DNA of 64,000 bases. It comes from Heptranchias perlo (Eukaryota). Position 1 is the first letter of the stretch, and each line of letters begins with the position of its first letter. Both the position numbers and the translations under genes were made by a program. The notes beneath the pieces are model-generated. The model did no database searches. It was not told the origin of the DNA and saw nothing but the letters and a program-made list of their open reading frames with translations. Shown one piece after another: positions 24,697 through 37,745 of the stretch. The stretch lies in NCBI RefSeq assembly GCF_035084215.1, contig NC_090331.1, forward strand, positions 97,154,001 through 97,218,000, written 5' to 3'.

Positions 24697-25176
24697 CTAG
24701 ACAACAACATTTACACAGAAATAACTGGAGTAAGGAAGCAGTTGGCTGTATCAACTAGTTTCAAGCGAGCAATCTTTCCTCATTAGCTAACCAAGTAACC
24801 TCCAAAACATTGTTCTGAAAGATGAAACACCACACATGGCAGATTACATAAGAAATTAAAAACACTAAAATTAGCTTATACCGCCCAAGTGACCAGTCTA
24901 CATGTGTGATGCTGGACAATGAGTGATGAAAGACCACTTACTCTAAGGACCCAATCTGGTCCTCATACAATGTCCACATAGTCACACTTTCCAACAGGAA
25001 TCACTGGGTAATAATCAGAATTAAGAGCCCTGGCTGTTTTTTCCCTTCCTAGCTCAGGTGTGCTGAGGACAATTAAAATACCCCAACTGCAACATTGACC
25101 AAGAACAGTTAACTCAATACAGACCAGGATTGATACCTGGAATTTACCTGATCTATATGGCTTAGAACCACACCAT

Positions 25177-26690
25177 GTGTATAGAAAGTGCAGGGGTGAA
25201 ATTAAAAAGGAAATTAGGAAAGCAAAGCAAGGGCATGAAAAAATACTGGCAAGTAAAATCAAGGAAAACCCAAAGATGTTTTATAAATACATAAAGAGCA
25301 AGAGAATAACTAAGGAAAGAGTAGGGCTTATTAGAAACCAAAAAGGTAACCTATGTGTGGAGGCGGAAAATGTGGGTACGGTTCTTAATGAATACTTTGC
25401 GTCTGTCTTCACAAAAGAGAGGGACGACGTAGAGATTATTGTTAAGGAGAAGGAGTGTGAAATATTGGATGGGAAGTATTAAAGGGTTTAGCAACTTTGA
25501 AAGTAGATGAATCACCAGGCCCGGATGAAATGTATCCCAGGCTGTTAAGAGAAGCAAGGGAGGAAATAGCAGAGGCTCTGACCATCATCTTCCAATCTTC
25601 TCTGGCTACAGGTGTGGTGCTGGAGGATTGGAGGACTGCTAACGTTGAACCGCTGTTTAAAAAGGGAGAAAGGGATGGACTGAGTATTTATAGGCCAGTC
25701 AGTCTAACCTCGGTGGTGGGCAAATTATAGGAATTAATTCTGAGAGACAGCATAAATTGTTATTTAGAAAGGCACGAGTTAATCAAGGACAGTCAGCAAG
25801 GATTTGTTTAAGGAAGGTCGTGTCTAACTAACTTGATTGAATTTTACGAGGAGGTAACAAGGAGGATCGATGAGGGTAACGTGTTTGATGTAGTCTACAT
25901 GGATTTTAGGAAGGCTTTTGACTAGGTCCCACATGGCAGACTGGTCAAAAAAGTACAAGCCCATGGGATCCAAGGGAAAGTGGCAAGTTGGATCCAAAAT
26001 TGGCTCAGTGGCAGGAAGCAAAGGGTAATGGTCAGAGTGTTTTTGTGACTGGAAGGCTGTTTCCAGTGGGGTTCCGCAGGGCTCAGTACTAGGTCCCTTG
26101 CTTTTTGTGGTATATATTAGTGATTTGGACTTGAATGTAGGGGGGATGATCGAGAAGTTTGCAGATGATACAAAAATTGGTCGTGTGATTGATAATGAGA
26201 AGGAAAGCTGTAGACTGCAGGAAGATATCAATGGACTGGTCAGGTGGGTAGAAAAGTGGCAAATGGAATTGGATCGGTTGGGGTTGTTTTCTTTGGAACA
26301 AAGGAGGCTGAGGGGAGGTCTAATTGAAGTGTATAAAATTATGAGGGGCCTACGTAGAGTGGATAGAAAGGACCTATTTCCCATAGCAGAGAGGTCAATA
26401 ACCAGGGGACATAGATTTCAAGTAATTGGTTGAAGGATTAGAGGGGAGCTGAGGAGAAATTTTTTCACCCAGAGGGTGGTGGGGGTCTGGAACTCACTGC
26501 CTGAAAGGGTGGTAGAGGCAGAAACCCTCAACTCATTTAAAAAGTACTTGGATGTGCACTTGAAGTGCCGTAATCTGCAGGGCTACAGACCACATGCTGG
26601 AAAGTGGGATTAAGCTGCATAGCTCTTTTTCGGCCGGCACAGACACGATGGGCCAAATAGCCTCCTCTGTGCTGTAACTTTCTATGATTT
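25177..26690 (+). mobile_element. CR1 LINE ORF2 remnant with an internal deletion
   Basis: [38 protein letters not shown] and KFADDTK motifs, plus 3'UTR. Confidence 0.9.
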
Positions 26691-27436
26691 CAAGATGTGG
26701 TGCACTTTCCCACTGAACCAGCAGAGGAATGCCAAATAACTTCAAAAAAAAACAGTCACAGCCTTTTTAAAAAAAAACTATACATGAGTAAAACTTGCTA
26801 ACTCTGTCATGCAAGTTTGCAAAAGTTACTTCATCTGGATAAATACCTGAAGAATCCCGCTGTCACAAATTTTTTTTTACAACACTTGGCACTATACTGT
26901 TAAAAATGAAAATAGAAATGCAGCCTTGGCTGTACGTGAAACGAGTTTGAGGAGTCTCAATCCGACTGCTAATAATGAGCATGGACCTACAGCAGAAAAC
27001 TACCTCTAATTTGGCAGTAACTGGCAAAGTCATTCAGATAGGATGTTTGATGTGGGAAATTGTCACATTAATCTAGTAGAAAGCACTCTTCAGAGGATGG
27101 GGATGAGGCAAATTGTTGGGGCAGTGTAGAGGGAGCTTTATTCTGCATCTAGCTCTGTTACACCTGTTACCCGAGAATGACTGATGCCAATACAGGGTGC
27201 CTGAATTTATGAAAAAGAAAATGCAGCTGGTGGCACGATGCTTTAGTGTACAGAGTGACAGAATGCAGATTTGTGCGCATGACCCACACAGGATGAGTTC
27301 ATGTTCTCAGATTAGCTGGCACAGGCAAGGGCAAAGGAAGCGTCCAGCCTGTCTTGTCAATATAAAAGATCACGTTAACCATTTTCTTTAAATTTGTTTA
27401 ATTAATACCACAATTTCTGCTAGTTTTCTATTTTAC

Positions 27437-27578
27437 CTTTGCAGCACGTATATGCCTGTAGATATCGTTTATCTGTCGTATCCTATACTCCAGCTCTGAT
27501 ATTTGGGCTTGAAGCCACGTCCACCGGCTTGCAATTCCAGCTCGATCAATGGTCCATCTCCATTCTGACCTGTGCTTA
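27437..27578 (-). CDS. KANSL1L: KANSL1L coding exon 3 (142 nt)
   Basis: TTTTACAG|T AAG... encodes (I)[47 protein letters not shown], the hallmark conserved KANSL1-family segment. Starts in phase 2, matching exon 2; donor AAG|GTAAAA. Confidence 0.95.
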
Positions 27579-30064
27579 CTGTAAAACAAGATGAGGTATT
27601 TTAATTCCTTTTATTGCAGGTAATAACATTTTACCCATCTCTGCTCTATTAGCTGTTGATATTTTGTCATTAGCTCTATAAACTAGTATTTTTCAAAATT
27701 TAAAACACTATTTGGATTGTAGATATAAAATTTATGTCATGTGTCATAAAGGTACTAGAAAAATGTATATAAAACAAGTCTCATTAGGTATAATGCACCA
27801 AAAATACTGCATTAGCAGTTTAGAAATGCAGATCTGACAGCTAATTTAAAATGTAAAAGAACAAATCTTTGATGCATCACTTTCATGTATAAAGGTGAAT
27901 ATTTTGTTAAATGGCTTGGTGAAATGAATATTTATCGTTTCCCTATATTAAAAATACTTAATTCCTACTGAGGACTATAAAGTATTGGTAATTGTTAAAG
28001 ATCAGTGCTTTATCAAAAATGCCAATCCTCATGGGAGACACGGGATTCGGTCATCAAAACCTGTCGCACTCCTACACAACAGAGAGGGCTTGTGACTTGT
28101 AAAAAATCAGGTTTCAAATCACCAAGAGACAATTTCAAGTCAAGAAAGGAGAGATGATTTTAGACCTGCCTGGGGCAGACCTCTTCTCACTGAATACTGG
28201 CTTGTGTGCACATGTAGATTTTGAAATGAGACAATAGCTGCTGTTGGAAAAGCTCATTGTAGCACTGATGATTGTTCAAAATACCTCATCTCCTAACAGC
28301 AGTATTTCTAAAGCTCTATGGGCGGAAAATCAATCAGGATTTTGCAGAACAATGTAGGCAAACAACCTACTGTTTGAAGAAGGTTTAATGTTCCACAAAT
28401 AGTGCAAGGAAGACCGGACACAAAACACATACAAAAGCAATTTGCATACCTAAAGAAGTTCAGAGCCCAGAAATAACCTCCCCCCTTATGCCTCTCCACC
28501 AAGACAATGGCCCAATATTAACACTCAGGAGGGACTGGAGCGGGGAGGCGATAGCGAGCGACATCCGCGCAAGATCATGGGACGCGTGGGAATGTCCGAT
28601 TTCAGCATGAATGCCTCATTATCATTTTACTTCTGGGTTACGTGTCTCCACTGAGCGGGGGCCAGAAAGGGAACTCGAAGGTGGTCATCCTCTGCAACTG
28701 CTCCCTCCTTCTTCAGACTCATTCTCTCTCTCCAGGCTCCATTCTGTTGTCGCTCTATAGACCATGTCTTGCTGTTCCAGCACCAATCTCTTTATGACTC
28801 AAGTTGCTCCTGTTCTTATTTTTCCCCATGCTGCTCCTGCTCCAGCTTTATTCCAGGCTGCTCCTGGTGAGTTTTCTCAAGCTCTACCTGTTGTTTTTCA
28901 CTCTCCAACTTGCTCTTGCTGTTCTCATTTGTCCCAAGTGATAGCTATTCTTTTAACTACATGGCCTCCAGAGGAATGGGTTTAGTCATATGCTTTGTCA
29001 TCAGCTTCCAATGCATGGATCTCACGCATTTAGCAGCAACCCCAGCGTAACTAGGTGGATTTGCTAAAGCCAGCTACTGCTTTCAAACTTTAGGAGCTGG
29101 CAGTACCACACTCCACTAACTCCAATATAGAAGGAACTGAAAAGCGGAGTTGGAAAAATCCTGGGTTTTGTACAATCACATTTGTAAATGTGATGTGTCC
29201 ACATTCTGTGTAGTGGAATGTAAATTAATCAAAATCAATGCTTTTATTTCCTAGTGCATGTAACAAAGGGTAATTCAGCCCCTTATGTTTTTCGCTTCTG
29301 TGCTGTATCATATTTGGCCACTGCTCAGTTCCAGTTCTATCTTTTTCCAGATCCTTACCCTACCAATCTCTCACACAAATTTGCTGCTGTGATCAGCAAA
29401 CAATCCCCTTCAAGATAACCCATACAGATATATATCAACAAACAAAAGCAAAATAAATTCACCATCAACATACTGGATTCTGCCCAAAACAGTGAAGAGC
29501 TGAAGTGCTAGATTAATGTATCATAGAGCACCAGCTTGATTGTATTGCTCTGGTGTACTGTGACAACCAATGGCTTTCGAGTAAAAGGGAGCTGTTACAC
29601 CAACCTTCCAATACTTAAGCACTGGCCGACAAAAGATTAAAAAATAACAAACATTTAAAGACACGGGAGATGGATTAAAAGAATTACCTAGCATAAAAGT
29701 AAAGGGACATTACAGCAAATTTTGTTGGAACAGTCAACTAGATAGTTTTACTGATTGTCAAATGTCATAGGTCAGAAGTGAGTGCTTAATGAAGATAGGC
29801 TTTAAAAAAATTAAACCATGATTTTTCTCCAGATCTTAAATATTTGGCTCCAACTAATGAGCTGTGCCCACCCCTGCCTTTGGGATTACACCAGTACCAT
29901 CAAACATCCATTTGAGTGAGGGAGGTTAGTGTCATTTTTGTACTCATTTACACACGACACCAACATTTTCCAAATTTTTTTTTACGTTGTTATTATTACC
30001 AATTCAGATATAGCACAAGTTAGTTAGAGTAAAATAATCTTCTCTATATGGTCTCCCCCAAAAT

Positions 30065-30585
30065 AATTGGTTAGGCCGCAGTTAGAATGCTGTGTCCAGT
30101 TTCAGGCTCCTTACAAGGCCACAGAGAGGCTACAGAACAGATTCACTTAGATGATAAATGGGACGAGAGGCTTTAGTTATGAGGAAAGACGAGGGAAATG
30201 TGACTCGTTAGAACAGAGAAGGTTAAGAGAAAATCTGATAGGGGTATTCAAATTATGAGGAGTCTTGATAAGATAAATAAGGAAAAATTATTTCCACTGG
30301 TTGGTAACTAGTCAGCATCAATTTATCATCACAAGAATAATGGGAGAGAATTTTTTTTTTTACATAGAGGGTTGTTAGCTCACGGAATGCCCTACCAGAA
30401 ACAGTGGTGTAAGCGGAATCCATAATGGCTTTAAAAGTGAAGTGGATAAATATTTGAAAACAGAAAGAGTTTGGGGCAAAGGCACGGAAATGGGAGTAAA
30501 TGGACAGTTCTGAAATTCAGAGAGCTGGTGCAGGCACAATGGGCTGCATGGCCTCTTTCTGTATTGCAAAATTCTACAATTCTGA
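30065..30585 (+). mobile_element. Degenerate CR1 3' fragment
   Basis: GTTAGGCCGCAGTTAGAATGCTGTGTCCAGTT and AGAAGGTTAAGAG motifs, and a CR1-type tail. Confidence 0.7.
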
Positions 30586-30847
30586 TGTCTCTTTCAAAAA
30601 TTAGTAAGAATTAAACTGTAACACGATCACAAATTTTATCATGCATGTGTATTAATACATTGCCACCTAGATCTTCCGACTGGTGGTATTTTCTTGCCAG
30701 TGTTAACTCATATGGGTTACCAACAGTGCTAAATAACACCAATCAAAAAACCAAGATGTGCATCTTATCATCAATCTACAAAATACCTACATCAAGCTTT
30801 CACTGGTGTAATCTGAGTTCACTATACTATTTTATATCTAAAAGTAT

Positions 30848-32563
30848 AACAACTTGCATTCATATAGTGCCTTTAACTTAGGCGCATCACAAAGACAAAA
30901 ATGTATATTGAGCCAAAGGAGATATTAGGAAGGGTGACTGAAAGCTGGGTCAAAGAGGGTTTTAAGGGGTCTTAAATGAGGGGAGGGAGGTGAAGGCAGA
31001 GGGATTTAGGTAGGCAATTCCAAAGCATGGGGCCTTGACGGCTAAAGACATGGCTGCCAATGGTGGGGTGAAGGGAGGGGGGGTTGCACAAAAGACCAAC
31101 AGTCAGAGTAATCAAGAGGTCAGCAAATATGGAAGTGATAGATGAGTAGAATCATCAGCAAAATTGAAGCCCATGGAATAAAAGGGGCAGTGGCAGCTTG
31201 GATACGAAATTGGCTAAGCGACAGGAAACAGAGAGTAGTGATGAACGGTTGTTTTTCAGACTGGAGGAAGGTGTACAGTGGTGTTCCCCAGGGGTCGGTA
31301 CTAGGACCACTGCTTTTCTTGATATATATTAAAGACTTGGACTTGGGTGTACAGGGTATAATTTCAAAATTTGCAGATGACACAAAACTTGGAAGTGTAG
31401 TAAACAGTGAGGAGGATAGTAATAGACTTCAAGAGGACAAAGACAGCCTGGTGGCATGGGCAGACACAAGGCAGATGAAATTTAATGCAGAGAAGTGCGA
31501 AGTGATACATTTTGGCAGGAAGAACGAGGAGGGGCAGTATAAACTAAATGGTACAATTCTAAAGGGGGTGCAGGAACACAAAGACCTGGGGATATCTGAG
31601 CACAAATCTTTGAAGGTGCCAGGGCAGAATGAAAAAGCGGTTAAAAAAGCATGTGGGATCCTAGGCTTTATAAATAGAAGCATAGAGTACAAAAGCAAGG
31701 ACGTTATGCTGAACCTTTATAAAACACTGGTTCGGCCACAGCTGGAGTATTGTGTCCAATTCTGGGCACCGCACTTTAGGAAGGATGTGAAGGCCTTAGA
31801 GAGGGTACAGGAAAGATTTACTAGAATGGTACCAGGGATGAGGGACTTCAGTTATGTGGAGAGATTGGAGAAGCTGGGGTTGTTCTCCTTAGAGCAGAGA
31901 AGGTTGAGAGGAGATTTGATAGAAGTGTTCAAAATCATGACGAGTTTAGATAAAGTAAATAAAGTGAAACTGTTCCCATTGGGGGAAGGGTCAAGAACCA
32001 GAGGACATAGATTTAAGGTGATTGGCAAAAGAACCAAAGGTGATAAGGAAACACTTTTTTACGCTGTGAGTAGTTATGATCTGTAATGCGCTGCCTGAAA
32101 GGGTGGTGGAAGCAGATTCAATCGTGGCTTTCAAAAAGGAATTAGATAAATATTTGAAGGGAAAATATTTGCAGGGCTACGGGGAAAAAGCAGGAAAATG
32201 GGACCGACTGGATTGCTCTTACAAAGAGCTGGCACGGGCTCAATGGGCCGAATGGCCTCCTGTGCTGTATGATTTTAGGACCTGGTATGGGATAGGATAA
32301 GAGCAGCAGTTTTCTTTAGAAGGGAGATCGGCCAGGAAAACATTGGAATAATAGCGTCTGAAGGTGACAAAGGCATGGATAAAGGTTTCAGCAGCAGATA
32401 GGCTGAGACAGGGGTGGAAGCGGGCGATGTTGTGGACGTGAAAGTAGGCAGTCTTTGCGATGGAGGGGATACAGGGTCGAATCAAATAGGATAGTGAGAT
32501 TACAAACAATCTGGTTCAGCCTGGAACAATGGCCAGGGAGGGGGATGGAATCAGTGGCAAGAG
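30848..32563 (-). mobile_element. L2 fragments (30848-31120 and 32290-32563) separated by a CR1 insertion
   Basis: Both pieces match successive parts of 4553-5370. Confidence 0.7.
31140..32275 (+). mobile_element. CR1 LINE 3' portion (RT)
   Basis: 314-aa ORF with [26 protein letters not shown] and [10 protein letters not shown]. Confidence 0.92.
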
Positions 32564-33429
32564 TTATCTGAAAATTATCTGACTTCTTGTGTCCTCATTG
32601 AACTAAGAAATACAATAATCAACTGGGTATTATAGTCTTTTAAAATTAACTTTCTGTACAAAATGATAATCCAGTATTTTAATAATGATGAATTTAAATC
32701 CAAATTTGGTTTCAAATCTACAAAATGAAACCAAAAAGTTAAAACTGAAAAAGTTGTTTGCAGCCTGGAATAGTGTTATTTATAGTTAAAAAAACACACA
32801 CACAGCAGTCCTGTATCCCTTGGGTTAATTTAATGAATTATAAACTACGTTCCCATGCTCAGGTATTCCCAAATTTTCCAGTAACATTCTCAAATATGTC
32901 TTGTATCAGTTACTGCACTACTGTGCAAACAGCTTTGGAATGCTTTCTATTTGCACAGAACTTTTAAACTTTACTTTAACTGGGGACAGTTATAGAAAGT
33001 GGAGGCTCATGGGTTGACTAACTGCACTCGTTTATAATTTATTTCTTATTCAAGCAGTGTCAGAGCTCTCTGAATCCTCTCTCCTGAAAGTCGAGGGCTC
33101 TCACAGGCCTCTCCAAACCCAATAGATATAATACATATAAACATATGCAGAGATATAACATTTTGATTGGTTCCAGTTCCTTCATACAGTAAAGCTAGAA
33201 AGCATCAGTGCCAGAGTTTTTCATTAATTTACATGTTAACTTGTCCTGTTACAAATTAATTAAAAAAAATCTTGTTAACAGTTCAAATGCACAAGCATAT
33301 CTCTTTATAATATGATAATCTTCGGTGACGAAGAGGCTGGGTGGCACACTATCCTTTCATCTGTGACCTTTGTTCAAACTCAGCATGGGCTGATGCCAGG
33401 AAGTCTCTTTGGTCTGCTGGTTGTAAGGG

Positions 33430-34589
33430 TGATGTGGAGATGCCGGTGATGGACTGGGGTTGACAATTGTAAACAATTTTACAACACCAAGTTATAGTCC
33501 AGCAATTTTATTTTAAATTCACAAGCTTTCGGAGATTTTCTCCTTCCTCAGGTAAATGTTTCAAGATCTCCTTGAAGCCTACGCATTTATACATATTGAA
33601 TAATACATGGTGTTTACAGACTGCCCCTGCAACTGCCCGTTGCCAAGGCAATCACCGTGTTCAGACAGAGAGGTGTCAGCTGCAGAACCCCCGAATACAC
33701 ATTCAACAAAAAAACAAACAGGGAAAAAAAACAGAGAAAAAAAAACACAGAGAGAGGCAGAAACATCCGGAAGGCAGAGAGAGCCAGCAAATGACCCATT
33801 ATATTAAAAACAGATAACATTTGTTCGCTGGTGGGGTAACGTGTAGCGTGACATGAACCCAAGATCCCGGTTGAGGCCGTCCTCATGGGTGCGGAACTTG
33901 GCTATCAATTTCTGCTCGACGATTTTGCGTTGTCGTGTGTCTCGAAGGCCGCCTTGGAGTACGCTTACCCGAAGGTCGGTGGATGAATGTCCATGACTGC
34001 TGAAGTGTTCCCCGACTGGGAGGGAACCCTCCTGTTTGGCGATTGTTGCGCGGTGTCCGTTCATCCGTTGTCGCAGCGTCTGCATGGTCTCGCCAATGTA
34101 CCATGCTCTGGGGCATCCTTTCCTGCAACGTATGAGGTAGACAACGTTGGCCGAGTCACAGGAGTATGAACCATGCACCTGGTGGGTGGTGTCATCTCGT
34201 GTGATGGTGGTATCTGTGTCGATGATCTGGCATGTCTTGCAGAGGTTACCGTGGCAGGGTTGTGTGGCGTCGTGGACGCTGTTCTCTTGAAAGCTGGGTA
34301 GTTTGCTGCGAACGATGGTCTGTTTGAGGTTGGGTGGCTGTTTAAAGGCGAGTAGTGGAGGTGTGGGGATGGCCATAGCGAGGTGTTTGTCCTCATTGAT
34401 GACATGTTGAAGGCTGCGGAGAACATGGCGTAGTTTCTCCGCTCCGGGGAAGTACTGGACGACAAAGGGTACTCTGTTGGTTGCGTCCCGTGTTAGTCTC
34501 CTGAGGAGGTCTATGCGATTTTTTGCTGTGGCCCGTCGGAACTGTCGATCGATGAGTCGAGCGTCATATCCCGTTCTTACTAGGGTGTC
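33430..34589 (-). mobile_element. 5'-truncated Penelope-like retroelement (RT C-terminal end, GIY-YIG endonuclease and 3' pLTR)
   Basis: The uninterrupted ORF 33804-~34588 contains PFVVQYFPG, PLLAFKQPPNLKQTIVRSKL, C..C..C, NVVYLIRC...YIGET.QTLRQRMNGHR, PVGEHF and GLNRD, diagnostic of the PLE linker and GIY-YIG domain. Its terminal part is shared with the copies at 2192 and 38558. Confidence 0.92.
33518..33556 (-). ncRNA. Minimal type I hammerhead ribozyme motif in the Penelope pLTR
   Basis: TTTAC-CTGAGGA-A-GGAGA AAA TCTCC-GAAA-GCTT-GTGAA: CUGANGA and GAAA cores, 5-bp stem II, palindromic AAGCTT stem III, closing stem I. Confidence 0.8.
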
Positions 34590-36771
34590 ATGTGTTTTGG
34601 GCTTGGACCCAGTCTCAACCCAGTTCCTGGTGGGCAAATGTCCACATCACAAATCTGTCCTAATTTAGCAGTAAACTGCCAATCTCACAAAGAATCTACA
34701 AGGATGACTGATGTGGCAAAATGGAAAAGTGTCACACCAGCAAGTAAAGAAGGCCCTTCTGGTTGGAGTTACAATTGTAGGGCAGTGCAGAACAAGGTTT
34801 ACTCTTCACCTGATCTGGGACGGCCCAATTCTAACACCAAGTGCTTGAGTGAGAAACCATTCCAATTCCTAATGCCAACATTCCACACCTTGCTCAGCAC
34901 AAAAGTCAACAAAACATGATTTTACAAAATCTGCCAATAACAGCGAGCAATATGGTAAGTGAGGAGCATGACTAATTGCATTTAAAGGAAGCTAGACCAA
35001 TCTACTAGCAGGTACATTTTGATGATATAAATGCAAAGTTAAGCAAATACAAACTGAAAATGTACATGATAAAGCGATGTCCATTAGCAAAAGAGGAAAA
35101 GCATTTGGCTTTGAGTGTGGACCACTAGCTGAAGTCAATGTGAAGTTAGCAACAAGGTAAATCATGTAGTGGGATGTACATTAAGATATATGACTATGCC
35201 AAAAAAGCTCTTGTAATCTTATATGGATCACTGGTGTGGCCACATCTGGAACAGAGGTGGGGAGAATTCCAAAACTACCACAAGACTGACTCTGGGACTT
35301 AGTGCTCCCAGAACTAAGCCAATTTTTATTACGGAAACAGAGGACACCTGACCTAGATTTTTAAAATGCTGTTGAGAAATGGACAATGTAGATACAGTGT
35401 TATCTAAAGCTACTCAGACTGCAAGCAGAGAAGTAGGCTACAAGTATAAAATTAAACAAGATTTGAGATTAAATGGATTTCCCCTCCTATGGGATAGTGG
35501 GTATGTGGAATATATTCTCAGCGATTAATGCGGCATCAATTAACAACTCTAAAATAGCTGATGAATATGTTTAGGAATAGGATTGAGGGTTAAAAGGATA
35601 AGTACAGTAGAGATGATTGAATGCTGTGTAGAATATGATAGTTCTTCAACTACGAATCAACATGCTATGGATGGCAACAATGTAGGATATAAGCTTGGAT
35701 TTAGATTCTGGCGCTTTACCTATATTGGGACAAGAAACACTGCAGAACTTTTCCTCAGGAGATTGAGCGGTTGTAAAGATTCCATGATAAAATAGATAGT
35801 ACATGGAAAGAATGGGATGCTGAGATTGATTAACCTTTTCCTGTTCCCACATTCACTGTGCAAGGTAGTTTCATAAACAAGGGAAAAATAATAACTTGCA
35901 CAAGTGGCGGACTTTGTCCATAAGTTCAACTTGTGCATAAGTGCAGCTTTAAAATTAGAAAAGAAAATGGCCTCTCCTTACAGATTTAGACAGCAATAAA
36001 GGAGCTACAGGACCAGTAAGTGCTGGTAAAACTGCTGCAGAGTAGAATGGCAGGGCTTGAATCATCAATCTCAAAGAAGACATACTTTTTGCTACCGCTG
36101 CCATGGCTGTTGCCACCACCAGTTTATAGTGGCAGAAGCAGTCATTGGGTCTTCCAATTTTTCAAAACTCACAGAAGAGCCATGTTTCTTTTAAATCACT
36201 GTTACAGATTTGCCACATTTATGGAGGCAAACAGGGACCAAATTATGTGGTTGTTCATTTTCCATTAACTATATAAATGGGTTATCATTTTCAAATTAAA
36301 ATCAACACACCAATCAAACAAAGATGGTTCTCTGCAACGCACAAAATAAAATTCTTCTGAGGTTCTGAGGCATAGGAAAGGATTTATTTTTTATGATTTC
36401 TTGTGCAGGTGATTTAGCTTTTAAGAACTGATGTGTGATTTTCCACGATCGCTAACTTAAAACATCTTCTTGAGATGCATTTCATTACTACTTTTTAACT
36501 GTTATAAATTGTCAAATGCAGGCTTTTCGCACACAGTTCGTTTGCTGTTTTCCTCTACACCTGGTTACTCGTACAGCCGTTGGTAAGTTCCCTTCTGACT
36601 TATCTTTGTGGCTCCTCTGCAGTTGTGTAATCAGTAACCAGATGCAGAGAAAAAAGGTCCAAAGTGTGTGAAATGCCAGCTTGTGTAAAAAGCCTGCAGT
36701 TGACAAATTCAAAGTAGTTATGAAATATATCAAGATGATATTTTAAGTTAGAAACATGGTCAGTCTCTCCT

Positions 36772-37745
36772 GAATCACAGAAAATTTATGGCACAGAAGG
36801 AGGCCATTCGGCCCATCGTGTCCTCACCGACCGTAAATGAGCCACCCAGCCTAATCCCACTTTCCAGCACTTGGTCCGTAGCCCTGTAGGTTACAGCACT
36901 TGAAGTGCACATCCAAGTTCTTTTGAAATGAGTTGAGGGTTTCTGCCTCTACCACCCTGTCAGGCAGTGAGTTCCAGGCCCCTACTTCCCTCAGGGTGAA
37001 AAATATTTTCCTCAGCTCCCCTCTAATCCTTCTACCAATCACTTTAAATCAATGCCCCCTGGTTATTGACCTCTCTGCTAAGGGAAATAGGTCCTCCCTA
37101 TCCACTCTATCGAGGGCCCTTCATAATTTTATACACCTCAATTAAATCACCCCTCAGCCTCCTCTGTTCCAAAGAAAACAACCCCAGTCTATCCAAACTT
37201 TCCTCATAGCTAAAATTCTCCAGTCCTGGGAACATCATCGTAAATCTTCTCTGTACCCTCTCTAGTACAATCACATCTTTCCTGTAATGTGGTGACCAGA
37301 ACTGTAAACAGTACTCAAGCTGTGGCCTAACTAGTGTTTTATACAACTTCTAGCATAACCTCCCTGCTCTTATATTCTATGCCTCGGCTAATAAAGGAAA
37401 GTATCCTGTATGCCTTCTTAACCGCCTTATCTACCCGTCCTGCTACCTTCAAGGATCTGTGGACATGCACTCCAAGGTCCCTTTGTTCCTCTACACCTCT
37501 CAGTATCCTCCCATTTATTGTGTACTCCCTTGCCTTGTTTGCCCTCACCAATGCATTACCTCACACTTCTCTGGATTGAACTCCATTTGCCACTTTTCTG
37601 CCCACCTGACCAGTCCTTTGATATCTTCCTGCAGTCTACAGCTTTCCTCCTCACTATCAACCACACGGCCAATTTTTGTATCATCTGCAAACTTCTTAAT
37701 CATGCCCCCTACATTTATGTCCAAATCATTAATATACATCACGAA
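36772..37745 (-). mobile_element. CR1 LINE 3' portion
   Basis: YINDLD...KFADDTKIG and [12 protein letters not shown] motifs. The 3'UTR is the same subfamily as 26270-26690. Confidence 0.9.

Larger units (their letters stand above)
33330..34900 (+). mobile_element. LF-SINE-like element interrupted by the Penelope insertion
   Basis: The right flank CAGTCTCAACCCAGTTCCTGGTGGGCAAATGTCCACATCACAAA resembles the LF-SINE core. The left flank resembles 18170-18265. Confidence 0.5.

Noticed and set aside
34590-34637. First 16 aa of the 277-aa ORF as a real Penelope start
   Set aside because: These residues derive from the flanking SINE-like host; the element is 5'-truncated.
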